This document shows, in pieces, positions 49,182 through 59,789 of a stretch of 64,000 nucleotides of DNA (position 1 is its first letter; each line of letters opens with the position of its first letter). Under the pieces are notes generated by a model. It was not told the origin of the DNA and did not search any database. It saw only the letters and a program-made list of their open reading frames with translations. The DNA is from an uncultured virus (IMG/VR IMGVR_UViG_3300038629_000369) (taxonomy: Duplodnaviria; Heunggongvirae; Uroviricota; Caudoviricetes), in the IMG/VR virus record IMGVR_UViG_3300038629_000369, one strand, 5' to 3'. The position numbers were made by a program, and so were the translations under genes.

Positions 49182-49646
49182 CTATGAGGCCCTCCGAATA
49201 GCCGGGTCAGCCAAGACACACTCGACTGCTTCACCGGGCTCGAATTGATGTTGGTGTGGCACTCTGCGCGGATCGGATAGCGCCGTTGCTGCCTGGTCGT
49301 GAAGGTCCAGGCCGGCGCCATCGGGCGCGCCGCTGCCGCTGTTGAAACGGAAGCACAGCCGCGGGTCGGGCCGAGCGTGATCGTAGTAGCAGCGCAGGCC
49401 AGCACGTCGTTTGACAGCGCGCTGGACCTTGCGCACAAACGCTCGCCGCAACGCTACGCGCCGATCGCCCCCTTCGAGACACACGGCGACCCATTTCTGC
49501 GGACCTTCGGCGCACACGAACAACGCACGCACGTCCAGCTCGACGGTTGTGCCATCGTCGCTGTACTCGGCGCTGGCAACGAGACGCCTACCGGCGTCGT
49601 CAGCTACGTAGCGTCGCATGTTCTCGCGCTGTTGCTTGTCGCTCAT
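49182..49646 (-). CDS. Hypothetical protein; ATG lies 14 nt after the repeat motif
   Basis: 154-aa ORF. Confidence 0.55.
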   Translation of the reverse strand: MSDKQQRENMRRYVADDAGRRLVASAEYSDDGTTVELDVRALFVCAEGPQKWVAVCLEGGDRRVALRRAFVRKVQRAVKRRAGLRCYYDHARPDPRLCFRFNSGSGAPDGAGLDLHDQAATALSDPRRVPHQHQFEPGEAVECVLADPAIRRAS

Positions 49647-50234
49647 GGTCGATGTTCCTTCGCGGTTGCCCGTTGCCTGGATCAGTCTGGGAATTTTAGT
49701 TCGACATCATTATCGAGCGCGGTCGCAATGCCGTGTAGCGCGACAGCGGTGTCATGCCGTACCGCATTCGGAAAGCGGGGCGTGTCGTCCAGCAGCGTGA
49801 GCATCTGCTCTCTCGCAATTTCCATGGCCTCGCGTGAGCGGCGGCGATCTTCGGTAAGCAAATCGATCAACACCTGGTTCTGAGTGGCCGGAAGGCCATG
49901 CTCGCGCCAATAGACGATTTCTTGGTCAATTTCTGATTGCTTCATGGTTACCTCTGTTAACTGTCGTAGTAGCGCTGCCGCCAACACGGGATGCACGAGC
50001 GGTACGGCCACACACCGTCCGATGACAGCGCCTGGTAATACGGATCAATGCGTATCTCCACCGCCGTGCTGGGCACACCGCACACCGGACATGTGGGATC
50101 TGGATGCGTCAAATACCGCTCCTTGTAAGCGGGCGACCGCAGTCCCATCCGGCGCGCCTCGGCCTCGGCTTCGTCGCGCGCTCGCCGAACCTGCTTGGCT
50201 CGACGACGGCGCCCGCGGCGCGCAGCGCGCGACG

Positions 50235-51014
50235 TCACTCCACCGGCTCCACCGGCTCCACGCTGAGGATGTAGATGTGGTCGAACTTGGGGCGCAGTAG
50301 TTCTTCGGCGCGCTCACGCGCTGCCTGCTCGTCAGGCGCTGTGCCGTTCATTTTGAACGTCTCCCTGGCGTCTCCGATGGCGCCGATGGGAGTGCGCTTT
50401 CCAGAAACCACAAATTGCGGCCCGGCGATGTAGTGCGGCTCGCTCGGGCAGTGACCCTCGCCGGTCTTCGCCCAGTGCACCACCTCAGCCGGCAGCTCTC
50501 GCTTGTTCCAAGCGTGGCCCAGTTTGCAGCCGCATTCGAGACACTCGGCGCCGGGGTGCGTGGTGTACGTCTCACCGCGTGCGTCCTGGTGCACGCAACC
50601 AGCATTCATGTCATTCAGATGCCAGCGAAAGAACGGCGTCACCTCGGGAAAGAACTCGGCGATCTCGTCGCGGATCTGGCCGGCGCCGTGGCCGATGTAG
50701 ATGTTGTTGCCATCCATCTGCACCACGTCCACGCCGTGCAGCTCGCCGTCTGTCTCCAGCACGAACTTGGCAGCGCCCTTGGCCGTGCGAAACTGACGAT
50801 CGAAACGCTCGTTCATGGCGTAGATTTCGGCGGGTGACTCCTCGAAAAAGCCCGTCCAATACTCCAGCGCCTGGCGCTTGGCTTGGCTGTACTTGACGAT
50901 GACGCCAACGGTGCCGCAGATAGAGAAGCGCCCCTCGTGGAGACGCACCTGGATTTCGCAAAACTCGCGCTCGCCGTTGTCGCCCTTGCGCTCTCGCATT
51001 TCTGTACGTTCCAT
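50235..51014 (-). CDS. Phage-type hypothetical protein
   Basis: GQIRDEI...WHLNDMNAGC..Q...CLECG..LGHAW motif. Confidence 0.6.
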   Translation of the reverse strand: MERTEMRERKGDNGEREFCEIQVRLHEGRFSICGTVGVIVKYSQAKRQALEYWTGFFEESPAEIYAMNERFDRQFRTAKGAAKFVLETDGELHGVDVVQMDGNNIYIGHGAGQIRDEIAEFFPEVTPFFRWHLNDMNAGCVHQDARGETYTTHPGAECLECGCKLGHAWNKRELPAEVVHWAKTGEGHCPSEPHYIAGPQFVVSGKRTPIGAIGDARETFKMNGTAPDEQAARERAEELLRPKFDHIYILSVEPVEPVE

Positions 51015-52655
51015 TACACTTTCCTCTTTGGCGCCTTGCCAAGCTCACGCAAATGCGCGAGGTAGTCGAACTGATCGTCGTGCCGAAGCTTGCTCTCATC
51101 TCCCCTGGCGAGAGCCGCGCTAATTTCCCACTCCACGGCAAGCTGAAGATCGGCATAGCGTCTGCCTTCGTCTCCACAGTGACGTTTCGCGATGTCCATG
51201 GCCTCGTGCACCGTCAGCAGTGGGCCCAGGCGCCAGATTGTTTCTTCGGGTTGAGTCATGTCGCCTCACAGTGGGTAGTTGCCGTGGACTTCGTCGCGTG
51301 CGTCGTCCCACGCCGTTTCGTCGCAGTCGTCCCAGTTGTCGGTGTCAGAGACGTCCACCGCGGCGGCGTTCTGACAGTCGTCAACTAGGCGCGTGTCGTA
51401 GTAGCCAGCGTCGGGCAACGGATAGTCCTCGTCGCCCATGCGACCGGTGTCGCACCAGTAGAGCGGTTCGAGCCAGTAGGCTGGCTGAAACGAGCAGCAA
51501 TACGTGTGCTGGCTATTGTCGTAGAGCCAGACAATCTCGTGCATCTCGACGACTCGAAAGTCGTACGGTAGCCGGCTGCGTGGCTGGTTGAGTTGGCCCA
51601 TGGTCCTACTCGTACCCCCGACGGTCGATGTCGCGCGGCAGCTCGTCCACGTACACGTAGCAAGCGCCATTCGGCTCGTGAACAACCAGACGCTGGCCAC
51701 CGACGCGGGCGCTGTGAATGCTTGGGAGCGTCGCGCTGACGACGCGCTCGACAGTGCCATACGCGGTGTTACCCACTCGGACCTCGATTGTCTTTTTCGT
51801 CATGCCGGTTGCTCCCTCGCGGTGGCCCGTTGCCCCGCCTTTTCACGCATCGCAAATCCCAGTCTCACCATTGGCCTATCGTTGCCGTCGTACACGATGG
51901 CGCGCGGCGTGTTGCCGAGGTCTTCGCACCAGTCGATGTAATCGGCGCCACGTGGCACGTAGAGCCCGAGCACGGCGAGTGCATGCTCCACCTGCCAGCC
52001 CGGTGCAAAGTCTGGTAGCAGGACCGATCCAAGATCGTCCCAGTCATCGTCGACAGCGGAGTAGCTCTCGACGCTGAGTACGTGAATGACGCGGCTTATT
52101 TTTCTAGCCATCGGTATTGGCCAGTTGCACGCTCTCGATTTCGTACCGCTCGACGCGCGCCGCCATTCCCTTGGAGCCGCCCGCGATAAATTCGCCGAGC
52201 ACCGCGCTGCCGCGCGCCTTCGGGCGACAGCCGAAGCCACCGTTGCAACGGAAGCGCCGGTCGTCCTCGGAGCCGAAGTAGTGCTCGCTGCTGAGGATGA
52301 CGGTGCGCCCGTTTAGATGTTGGTCGCTCAGTGGCTCGTATTGAATCTCAGTCATTTCTATTCCTCCACTTCGTCGCCGCAGACGGCGCACAATTTCGGA
52401 TTGTCAGGATCGCGCTCCGTGCCGCAGTCCTCGTCGCCGCAGATACCCGTCAGCTCCGCGAGTGCTGACGACATGATCACGTTCACCGTGAGGCGCCGAA
52501 AGCCCGCGTACGACGTCTCATGGTCGGGCGGGTCCTCGAAGTCGACGTGGTACTCATAGCTCGACAGCGCCGTTATGACGGCTTCGAGCATGGTGTGCGC
52601 CTCGACCTCGACCTGCTTCGGGTCGCCGTGGTGCGGGTTCAGCTCGACAGTGTAC

Positions 52656-53453
52656 TTACCCATTGGCGGCCTCCTTTTTTTCGACCTCAAAGGTCTCGAT
52701 GATGTCAGCAATCAGTAATTGCTGGAGTAGGGTTGCGAAGCGGTCAGCCGACAGAACCAGGGCGAGCGTCGCGTACTGGTGCGACTCGCCATGGGTCGAC
52801 ACTTCCCCTCTCGTGAGCGTGAACGTCAGTGGAAGCTTCGCCAGTAGCTCGATGAGCTTCCGCACAGCGGTCTCACCGTACGCGCCGGTGCCAAAGTGAA
52901 TACCCTCGGCGCTGACTGTGAGCGTCTGGTCCACCCGTGGGTAGCCGTGGTCATAGTTGTTGCCGTGAGCGGTAATCGCCGGACAGCGAAGCGAAGCGAG
53001 GCTTCGCCAGTGATCACTCGGATGCACATTGCGGTTTTCCAGAATCTGCATCAGTGCTTGGTGGTTGCGTTCCGTCTTGTCCGTTTCGATGCTGAGCGCC
53101 GCTTGGTCCGCGGTTTTCATCTTGGCCATGTCACTCATCAGGCCGGCGATCTTGTCGATGTCAAAGCCGCCTTTGGGCTCCGGGAACTGCCGCTTGTGGC
53201 CGTATCCGCCGAGCACGAAGCGCAGGTTGCCACTGAGACCACGGGTGTAGCCAGCGTGGCTATCCTCGGTCAGACGTACCGACAAAGAATGTCCGTCAAC
53301 CGCCCAGACGAAACGGACGGCAGCGGTCGCGTGGCCCAGCTCTCGGAGCTTGGCGCCGAGCATCCACGCAATGGCGAGCCGGCGCTCATCAACGTTCGGC
53401 ACCGCCTTGCGGTGCCACTGGATATTCAAATCGCTCAGTTTGGTTTCAGCCAT
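52656..53453 (-). CDS. Hypothetical protein
   Basis: AAGGAGG RBS; ATG 53453. Confidence 0.55.
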   Translation of the reverse strand: MAETKLSDLNIQWHRKAVPNVDERRLAIAWMLGAKLRELGHATAAVRFVWAVDGHSLSVRLTEDSHAGYTRGLSGNLRFVLGGYGHKRQFPEPKGGFDIDKIAGLMSDMAKMKTADQAALSIETDKTERNHQALMQILENRNVHPSDHWRSLASLRCPAITAHGNNYDHGYPRVDQTLTVSAEGIHFGTGAYGETAVRKLIELLAKLPLTFTLTRGEVSTHGESHQYATLALVLSADRFATLLQQLLIADIIETFEVEKKEAANG

Positions 53454-53937
53454 TGGCGGCCTCCTTCGCGTCCATTTCGCGGTGGTACTCAGCCAGCTCT
53501 TGGGTGCGCTTCGCGTCCAAGTAGCCCAACGCGATGGCCAGTTTGCGCACGAAGGTGCTCTCGAATCCGTGGCGGTCGTGCTTGAGTGCATCGGGCCACC
53601 ACCAGTGCTCGCTCAGATCGTCGTCGGTGTAATCTTTGTACCAAGGGATCTGGTGTCGCAGCACCTTGATGAACAGTTTGATCATGAGCTTCTCGGCCGC
53701 AGCCGGCTCCAAAAAGATCACCTCGACGTCGTCGTCTTCGTCGGCTTCGTACACCGTTGCGGCGTCGTAAGCGCGGAGCAGTCCGGTGACGATGTCCTCA
53801 ACGTCGCAGCCGGCAGGACCGTCGCCGAGTTGCGTGAGCAGCACCGCGTCGATGACCTGCTCGCGCAGGTTCTCTGCCTTCGGCAGCTCCGGCATGCTCA
53901 TCCAGCGGATGCACTCGGCCATTATGTTTTCGCTCAT
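53446..53937 (-). CDS. Hypothetical protein
   Basis: GAAAGGA RBS; ATG 53937. Confidence 0.55.
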   Translation of the reverse strand: MSENIMAECIRWMSMPELPKAENLREQVIDAVLLTQLGDGPAGCDVEDIVTGLLRAYDAATVYEADEDDDVEVIFLEPAAAEKLMIKLFIKVLRHQIPWYKDYTDDDLSEHWWWPDALKHDRHGFESTFVRKLAIALGYLDAKRTQELAEYHREMDAKEAANG

Positions 53938-54025
53938 CGGGATATGTCCTTTCGGGTGTGCGGTGTGTCTCGCACCCTGCTCGACCGCGGTTGCCCGTTG
54001 CATCCGTGGCCGAGCGCGGCGCCAG

Positions 54026-54262
54026 TCAGTCGACGTCGAAATACTTGCAGGCAGTCGCCAGCACGTGGTCGTAGTCGCCACTCAGCATTTCCTTTTGGAG
54101 CGCCGCCATCTGGTCGTGGCTCCAGCGTGCCTTGCGCGCTGCGCGCTTGCAGGCGCTGAGTACGGCGAGGGCGTGGCCGTCCCTTCCGGTCAGTTCGACT
54201 GAGGGCTTGGGGTCGCTGGTGGGAATGGTGGTTTCGGTCACTGCGGTATTCGTATTGCTCAT
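54026..54262 (-). CDS. Small phage/plasmid-type protein
   Basis: VELTGRDGHA.AVL..C..A...EMLSGDYDHVL motif. Confidence 0.6.
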   Translation of the reverse strand: MSNTNTAVTETTIPTSDPKPSVELTGRDGHALAVLSACKRAARKARWSHDQMAALQKEMLSGDYDHVLATACKYFDVD

Positions 54263-54407
54263 CTCTATCCGTTCCTTTCGATGTCACGACGCCAGCTGTT
54301 GCGGGCGTCTTTGCCACGCCGCTTGTTGCGGCTGGTCATGATCTTCATGCGGGGGTGACGCTTACGCATCGCTACCGCATACGGATTGCTCCGTTTGACG
54401 CGGCGTT

Positions 54408-54977
54408 TCACGGCCGTGCCTCTGCACTGCACGCCGGGGCGCGCTGGACGCACGGGAGCCCTAGCGCCTCGATGGCGGCGAGCCGTGCTGCATCGCCCTC
54501 GGAGCGGCAGTCTTCCTCGCTGTGGAATCCGCCGCAGCTGTCCACCACATTGCCGTGGCGGTCCTCGATGACGAAACAGTAAATCTCTCCGCGCAGAAAG
54601 CGGTCGTAGTCGTCAACCTCGGCGACGAGGCACTCGGCAGCGCGCGCCAGCTCGACACCGATCTCGGTGAGCCGCTTGGCGGTCGTGTAGATGACGCCCA
54701 CGCGGCCGCTGTCCCAGCGGCAACCGAACGAGGTGGTGCTCATGCTGAGCCCGCTGTGATCCATGAGGTAGAGCGGCAACATGGCCACAGCACCACACTC
54801 TTTGCGCAGGTGCTGCTCGATGGCTTCCCAGTCATCGAAATCGCTGTGATCCAACGCGAGGTTGTCGTCGCCAAGGCTGTAGCGCTGGTGGAAGCACAGC
54901 ATGGTGCCGACGTTGTCCCATTCGCGCGGCGACATGGGATCGGTGTCTTGCTCGACCCGAAGCTTGAATCTGTGCAT
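54408..54977 (-). CDS. Phage-type hypothetical protein
   Basis: AGGAG RBS; SPREWDN, LPLYLMDHSGL, WDSG.VG and DSCGGF motifs. Confidence 0.6.
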   Translation of the reverse strand: MHRFKLRVEQDTDPMSPREWDNVGTMLCFHQRYSLGDDNLALDHSDFDDWEAIEQHLRKECGAVAMLPLYLMDHSGLSMSTTSFGCRWDSGRVGVIYTTAKRLTEIGVELARAAECLVAEVDDYDRFLRGEIYCFVIEDRHGNVVDSCGGFHSEEDCRSEGDAARLAAIEALGLPCVQRAPACSAEARP

Positions 54978-55596
54978 CGCTATCTCCTGTTTGCCTGTTC
55001 GTTGAGTACATCGCGCAGCGTCTCGTGCGCAGTGCGCAGCGCCTTGCGTGTGAGCGGCGGCGTAGCCGCGCAGGGGCACGGCCCGTGGATGGGGTTGGTG
55101 TAGAGACACGCGCCCGTTGCCGGGTCGTGGCACGCCGCACCGTGAACGCAGTCACACCTCACCCCATGCTCGGGCGCGGTCGCCCGTTGCTCGGGGAGCT
55201 GCTCATCGGGGAGCTGCTCATCCGGATTCATGTAAACGGTCGCTTGCCAGTGACCCACGACACGCTTGTACGATGGGCCAGTCGACACGAGCTTGCGCCC
55301 AAGGTGTTGTGCCAAGAGCGCAAGCCCCTTCAGGGCGCCCGCGTTGCTGTGAGCGATGACGACCGCCGCGTGGCTGCCGGTGCGAGCGAAAACAAATTCA
55401 GGTCGGTCACTCACAGCGCCAAAGTGTGGCGCATCTGGAATTCCCATTCCGGGACCGTCGATGTCGACCCGCTCGCCCGGCTCGAATTCGTCGAGCAGTG
55501 ACATTGCGTCACGCTCGGTTGGCGTGTACTCGTCTTCGCACCACAACGGAAACGCCATGGTGCCATGTCGATGATGGTAGATCGCAAGCCACAGTT

Positions 55597-56754
55597 TCAC
55601 AGCACAGCTCCTTGCATGGCGCCAATTTCGCCATCGCGCAGCTCCGCGCCGCCGATGGGGATGTATTCCTCCGCACGGGCCCGCAGTGGGTTGTCGCGGT
55701 CGATGGGACACTCCACCGCCACCGTCCAGAGCCGGGCGCCCAGCGCCTCGACGCGGTCGATAGCAGCCGTGTGGCGGCTGGTGATGTCCTCGACACCATC
55801 CGTGATGAGGATGACGTCGGAGCCCTTGTTACCTTTCTTCGCGAGCCGGTCCACTTCGTCGGCGCCGTTCTCCAGCGCGAGCGCTGCGTCGTTGCCGCCG
55901 CCGAACCAGTGCTTGATCACTTTCATCAATCCGGAAGTGTCACCTACGGGCAGGTCCGTAATGTGCACGGAGCGCGACCAGTGCACCACCGAGCAGTGCC
56001 GTTCGTCCTCCCAAGCGGAGCGCACCAGTGCGATGGTTGCAGCCTTGCACCATTCGCCTCGCTCGCCGCTCATGGATCCCGATTCGTCAGCACAGATCAC
56101 GAGCGGTCCCTTGCTGCCGTCGTCCGTGCCGCGGTACTGGAATTGCAGCGCCTTGTGGTTAGCGAGGTTGTCGAGCAACAGGATCTCGGTCGGTTGACCG
56201 AGGTGAATCAGCTCACTGGGCAGTAGCCGCATGAGGTTGGAGCCCAGCTCCACGCTGTGCAAGTCCTCGGGCGCTGCCGCTACCTGCTCGCTCTTGGCGC
56301 GCTGTAGCTGGGCGAAGATACGTCCCGCCATTTTGGCGATCCGTACCATCTCGTCCGTCTTGTGGTCCGTGCGGAAGTCGCGGGTCGACTCCCATGCGTC
56401 CGACTCGTCAAAGCCGAGCCCGTATTGGACGTCTGAGGCTTGCTTGGCGCGGTCAGCGAATGCGACCCATGCCTTGCGCGCCAGCTCACGCCGCTGAAAC
56501 GGCGTTTCATGCTTGGCCACGTTCCAGTGAGCCCAAAGGCACTTGAGAGCGTAGGCGTTGGCCGTGCCGCCCAGCGCCAACACGCTGGCGTATTCGGATG
56601 GCGCAGTGTCCAGCGCTGCCTCGGTGTACGAGTCCAGCTCCGGGTCGCCGTCGCCCTTCGTGGCCATCCACAGAGCACGGGCCCCCGCGGGGTCCTGCTG
56701 GGCGCAATCGCGCACCACAGAATTGCGCTTACGCGCCTCAGACCATGTAGCCAT
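55597..56754 (-). CDS. vWA-domain protein (ViaA-like)
   Basis: MIDAS DESGSM, GGGND, DVILITDG; LLPSEL motif. Confidence 0.8.
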   Translation of the reverse strand: MATWSEARKRNSVVRDCAQQDPAGARALWMATKGDGDPELDSYTEAALDTAPSEYASVLALGGTANAYALKCLWAHWNVAKHETPFQRRELARKAWVAFADRAKQASDVQYGLGFDESDAWESTRDFRTDHKTDEMVRIAKMAGRIFAQLQRAKSEQVAAAPEDLHSVELGSNLMRLLPSELIHLGQPTEILLLDNLANHKALQFQYRGTDDGSKGPLVICADESGSMSGERGEWCKAATIALVRSAWEDERHCSVVHWSRSVHITDLPVGDTSGLMKVIKHWFGGGNDAALALENGADEVDRLAKKGNKGSDVILITDGVEDITSRHTAAIDRVEALGARLWTVAVECPIDRDNPLRARAEEYIPIGGAELRDGEIGAMQGAVL

Positions 56755-56872
56755 TTTCAATTTCTCCGTTTGGGCGAGCCACCATGGCTCACACCCTGCT
56801 CGGTCGCGGTTGCCCGTTGCAGCCGCGGTCGAGCAGGACGCCGGAGCCGTAGCTCCGAAGCGCCCCTTTGAA

Positions 56873-58087
56873 TCAGACCCGAAGGCCAGCCTTCACTTCG
56901 TTGGCGAAAGCCGTTTTCATAACGCCCATTTCGCCCATGCGGCGCTTCACCTTGGCAGTGCCGCGCTTACCGAATTCGTTATTCTCGATGCGCTCTTTTA
57001 TCGCGTCGCCGAGGTTCACCATTCGGGCGTTCAGCCGCAACAGCTTCGCGGGCCGCTCGGTCGGGTCAGTCGTGACGGCGTGGCCCTCGCGGAGCAGCTT
57101 GTCGATTGACTCGATGGCTTTCGCAGCCTCGCTGCGCTCCAGGGTGCGCAGCACAGCCAGCACCTTTTCACGCTGCTCGGGAGTGTCCCAAAGCACGAAG
57201 CGCAGGATCTGCATGTGATCCACGTTCACGTCCGACTCGCCATCGAGCCAAGCGGCCGCTTTCAGCGCTTTCAGAAGCTTGACCGCACGACGATCGCTCA
57301 TGACGATTCCGTCAGCCGCAAGCTTGCCCTTGATACTACGCAGCACCTTGACGATGTGCGCCGATATGGTGACCGTGTTGACGTCTGCGGCAATGGCGTC
57401 CAGCTCCGCTATGGTGAGCTGACACGGCACCGCGAACGTCGCGAGCGTACCGTCCGCTTTGGCCAGCAGCAGCGCCTCCCAAGCCTTATCGTCTTGGATG
57501 TAGCCGATCACGTCCCGGTACAAGAACCGGTCGTACAGCGCGCCCAGCGAGTCATCCTGTGGAAACTCGTTGCTGGCGCTAAAGCACGATCGCAGCGGTA
57601 GCTGGTGGACGATACCCTGCTCGCTGTATTTGCGCTCGTTGAGCGCGTTGAGCAGAGCGTTGAGGCTCAGCGTGTTCGCTTTCCAGATTTCATCCAGAAA
57701 CACGATCTCCGCATCGGCAATGCCGCCAACGAGGTTACGTCGGTACACCTTTTCCAGCTGGAATTTAGCCAGATCCAGCGCTCCGAAAAGCTCGTCTGGT
57801 GTCATTGCCTTGTGCATGAGGCGACCGGCGAATTTGCTCGCCGGCTCCAGGCACTGAACGATCGTATCGATCAGCAGTGACTTGGCAGTGCCAGGCGGAC
57901 CCATGGTGAACGTGTGCTCGTTGGTGACGAGCGCGGCGAGTGTCATTTCGACAGCCTCGTCCCGCTCCGTCAGAAACGCGCACATCGCGTCACGGATCTG
58001 CCAGACTTTGGCACGCGCAGCCTCGACGTCTACGGCCGGAGCCGCTAGCGCCACGGCTGCGTTGCCGTCTGTTGCAGTGGTTTTCAT
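56873..58087 (-). CDS. MoxR-family AAA+ ATPase (RavA-like)
   Basis: GPPGTAKS, FLDEIWKAN, LNALL..LNER, SASNE, LYDRF and SDRR motifs. Confidence 0.9.
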   Translation of the reverse strand: MKTTATDGNAAVALAAPAVDVEAARAKVWQIRDAMCAFLTERDEAVEMTLAALVTNEHTFTMGPPGTAKSLLIDTIVQCLEPASKFAGRLMHKAMTPDELFGALDLAKFQLEKVYRRNLVGGIADAEIVFLDEIWKANTLSLNALLNALNERKYSEQGIVHQLPLRSCFSASNEFPQDDSLGALYDRFLYRDVIGYIQDDKAWEALLLAKADGTLATFAVPCQLTIAELDAIAADVNTVTISAHIVKVLRSIKGKLAADGIVMSDRRAVKLLKALKAAAWLDGESDVNVDHMQILRFVLWDTPEQREKVLAVLRTLERSEAAKAIESIDKLLREGHAVTTDPTERPAKLLRLNARMVNLGDAIKERIENNEFGKRGTAKVKRRMGEMGVMKTAFANEVKAGLRV

Positions 58088-58293
58088 ATCCAATGTTCCT
58101 CCGCGGTTGCCCGTTGCCAGGCAAGCCACGAATCGAAAATTCAGAGTTGGCAGGATCGCCGTCCCCGATCGGCCCGCCAGGATTCGCAGGGCGTATGGCC
58201 CTCAAGCGATGTTGCGCTGGTATCGGTCCCCTTTCGAGTGACCTCTACCAGCGATCCTGGCGAACCGATCGCGTGCGGCGAGCACGCTCATGC

Positions 58294-58542
58294 TCACATG
58301 CCCATGGCACAGATCATGATGTAGCTGGCGAATTCGACCGGGTCGACGTCGCCGTTTTTCTTGTCGAGCGTGAGCTTCGCAATGCGCAGCCAGGGGCCAC
58401 GCTGGCGCATCGCCCACGCACGTATCGAGTCGGATTCGACATGTGCGAGCGCTGCCTCTAGCAGCTGTGAGGCGTTGAGCGCGCTCAGCAGAACCTCGAC
58501 GTCTACACGCTGGTCGTCCAGCGCTTCGTCGGCCAGGGCCAT
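58294..58542 (-). CDS. Hypothetical protein (start uncertain)
   Basis: Lies within ORF 58294..58602. Confidence 0.35.
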   Translation of the reverse strand: MALADEALDDQRVDVEVLLSALNASQLLEAALAHVESDSIRAWAMRQRGPWLRIAKLTLDKKNGDVDPVEFASYIMICAMGM

Positions 58543-58568
58543 GGCCCTGGCGTTGTCAGTCTTGGCGC

Positions 58569-58769
58569 TCATCGCGGTGACAACGGCGGCAGATCGCCGC
58601 ACGCCTTTCGGAAGCGTTCCACGTCGAAACGCGGGTTGTTCTCGCGACCCATGTAGATCGCCAGACTCACCATGCCGCGGATGAAAGCATCATTTAGCTC
58701 ATCCTTGCCAGGCTTGACGCTGTGCGCGCGGATGTAGTCCGCCATCGCAACGAAATGCTTGCGTGTCAT
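58569..58769 (-). CDS. Small phage-type protein
   Basis: MTRKHF..MA...NPRFD.ERF.KAC motif; AAAGGGGA RBS. Confidence 0.65.
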   Translation of the reverse strand: MTRKHFVAMADYIRAHSVKPGKDELNDAFIRGMVSLAIYMGRENNPRFDVERFRKACGDLPPLSPR

Positions 58770-59166
58770 TCGGATTTCCCCTTTCCGTGGGAGTGATTGT
58801 AGTCGTGTCTCGCATGCGCCACAACGGTTGCCCGTTGCGGCCCATGAGGCACGCGGCTACGCGCTACGCAGGTTGCGCGGGCTCATCGCCAGCTGTCCAA
58901 GTCGCGAGCCAGCGCGGCGCGCTGTGCGTCGGCGATGTCATCCCGGTCGCATGGGAAGCAATCGGTCGCATAGCCGGCGCAGCACCCGAGCGTGTGACCG
59001 CACGTGCCGCAGCAATAGCCGCGCCACGTGTCGTCGTGCTGGTCCAGCTCCAGAATGGGCGATCCCCACCCCTCGCAATACTCCGGCAGCTTGTGTGCCG
59101 GTTCTACGCAGCCGTCACAGTAGGTCTGGCCGTCAAACAGCCACCCCACGACGCCAACGCCGGCGC

Positions 59167-59688
59167 TCATAGCGACCTCACAGCGCGGGGGGCGCTGGCG
59201 GTGACGATGGCGGCCGTCTGGAGCTTCGCGACGAGTGCGAAGCGATGCGCGGCGTTCGGGGTAATGTCGCCGTCCTCGGCGACGTGGCGCGGCCGGTAGG
59301 TCGGATGCGACGGCACCACGCTCGATGAGGCAGCGACGTTGCGCATGCGGGCAATCCCGGCGCAGCCTTGCACCTTTTGTGCCGCCTTGCTCATGTCGTT
59401 GAGTAGGACGGCATGGGGGCGCGGCTCGATTGCCGCGACGGCCGCGGTAGTCGGCTCAGGTGCCGGCTCAGGTGCCGGCTCAGGTGCCGGCTCAGGTGCC
59501 GGCTCAGGTGCCGGTGGCGCCTGGAGCGCGGCGTAGCGCGCCGTCAGCTCGCCAAAGTCGCCATACGAGCGGCTCTCGTATTGAGCCCTCGCAAGGGAGC
59601 TTGGAGCGGCGAGCGCTTGCGCTTCGTGCACGCCCTTGAAGGGCTTGCCATCACGCAGCGTTACCCGCCGGTATGTGTTTTCGTTCAT
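59167..59688 (-). CDS. First gene of the leftward arm; has a (PEPA)5 linker
   Basis: GAGGA RBS; ATG 59688. Confidence 0.55.
   Translation of the reverse strand: MNENTYRRVTLRDGKPFKGVHEAQALAAPSSLARAQYESRSYGDFGELTARYAALQAPPAPEPAPEPAPEPAPEPAPEPTTAAVAAIEPRPHAVLLNDMSKAAQKVQGCAGIARMRNVAASSSVVPSHPTYRPRHVAEDGDITPNAAHRFALVAKLQTAAIVTASAPRAVRSL
59452..59511. repeat. Tandem 12-bp repeat x5 (CGGCTCAGGTGC)
   Basis: Perfect copies; encodes PEPA on the minus strand. Confidence 0.9.
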
Positions 59689-59789
59689 GTTGTTGTCCTC
59701 ACCACATGCTGTGTCGCGGCGGCTCGTTGCCGCCCTGTGCCGTGGTCTCACCCTATGCTGTGTCGCGGGTGCCCGTTGTCTTCGCGGCG

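Noticed and set aside
59452..59511. 12-bp tandem repeat as a regulatory element or CRISPR
   Set aside because: In frame within a CDS, encodes a PEPA linker, and has no spacers.
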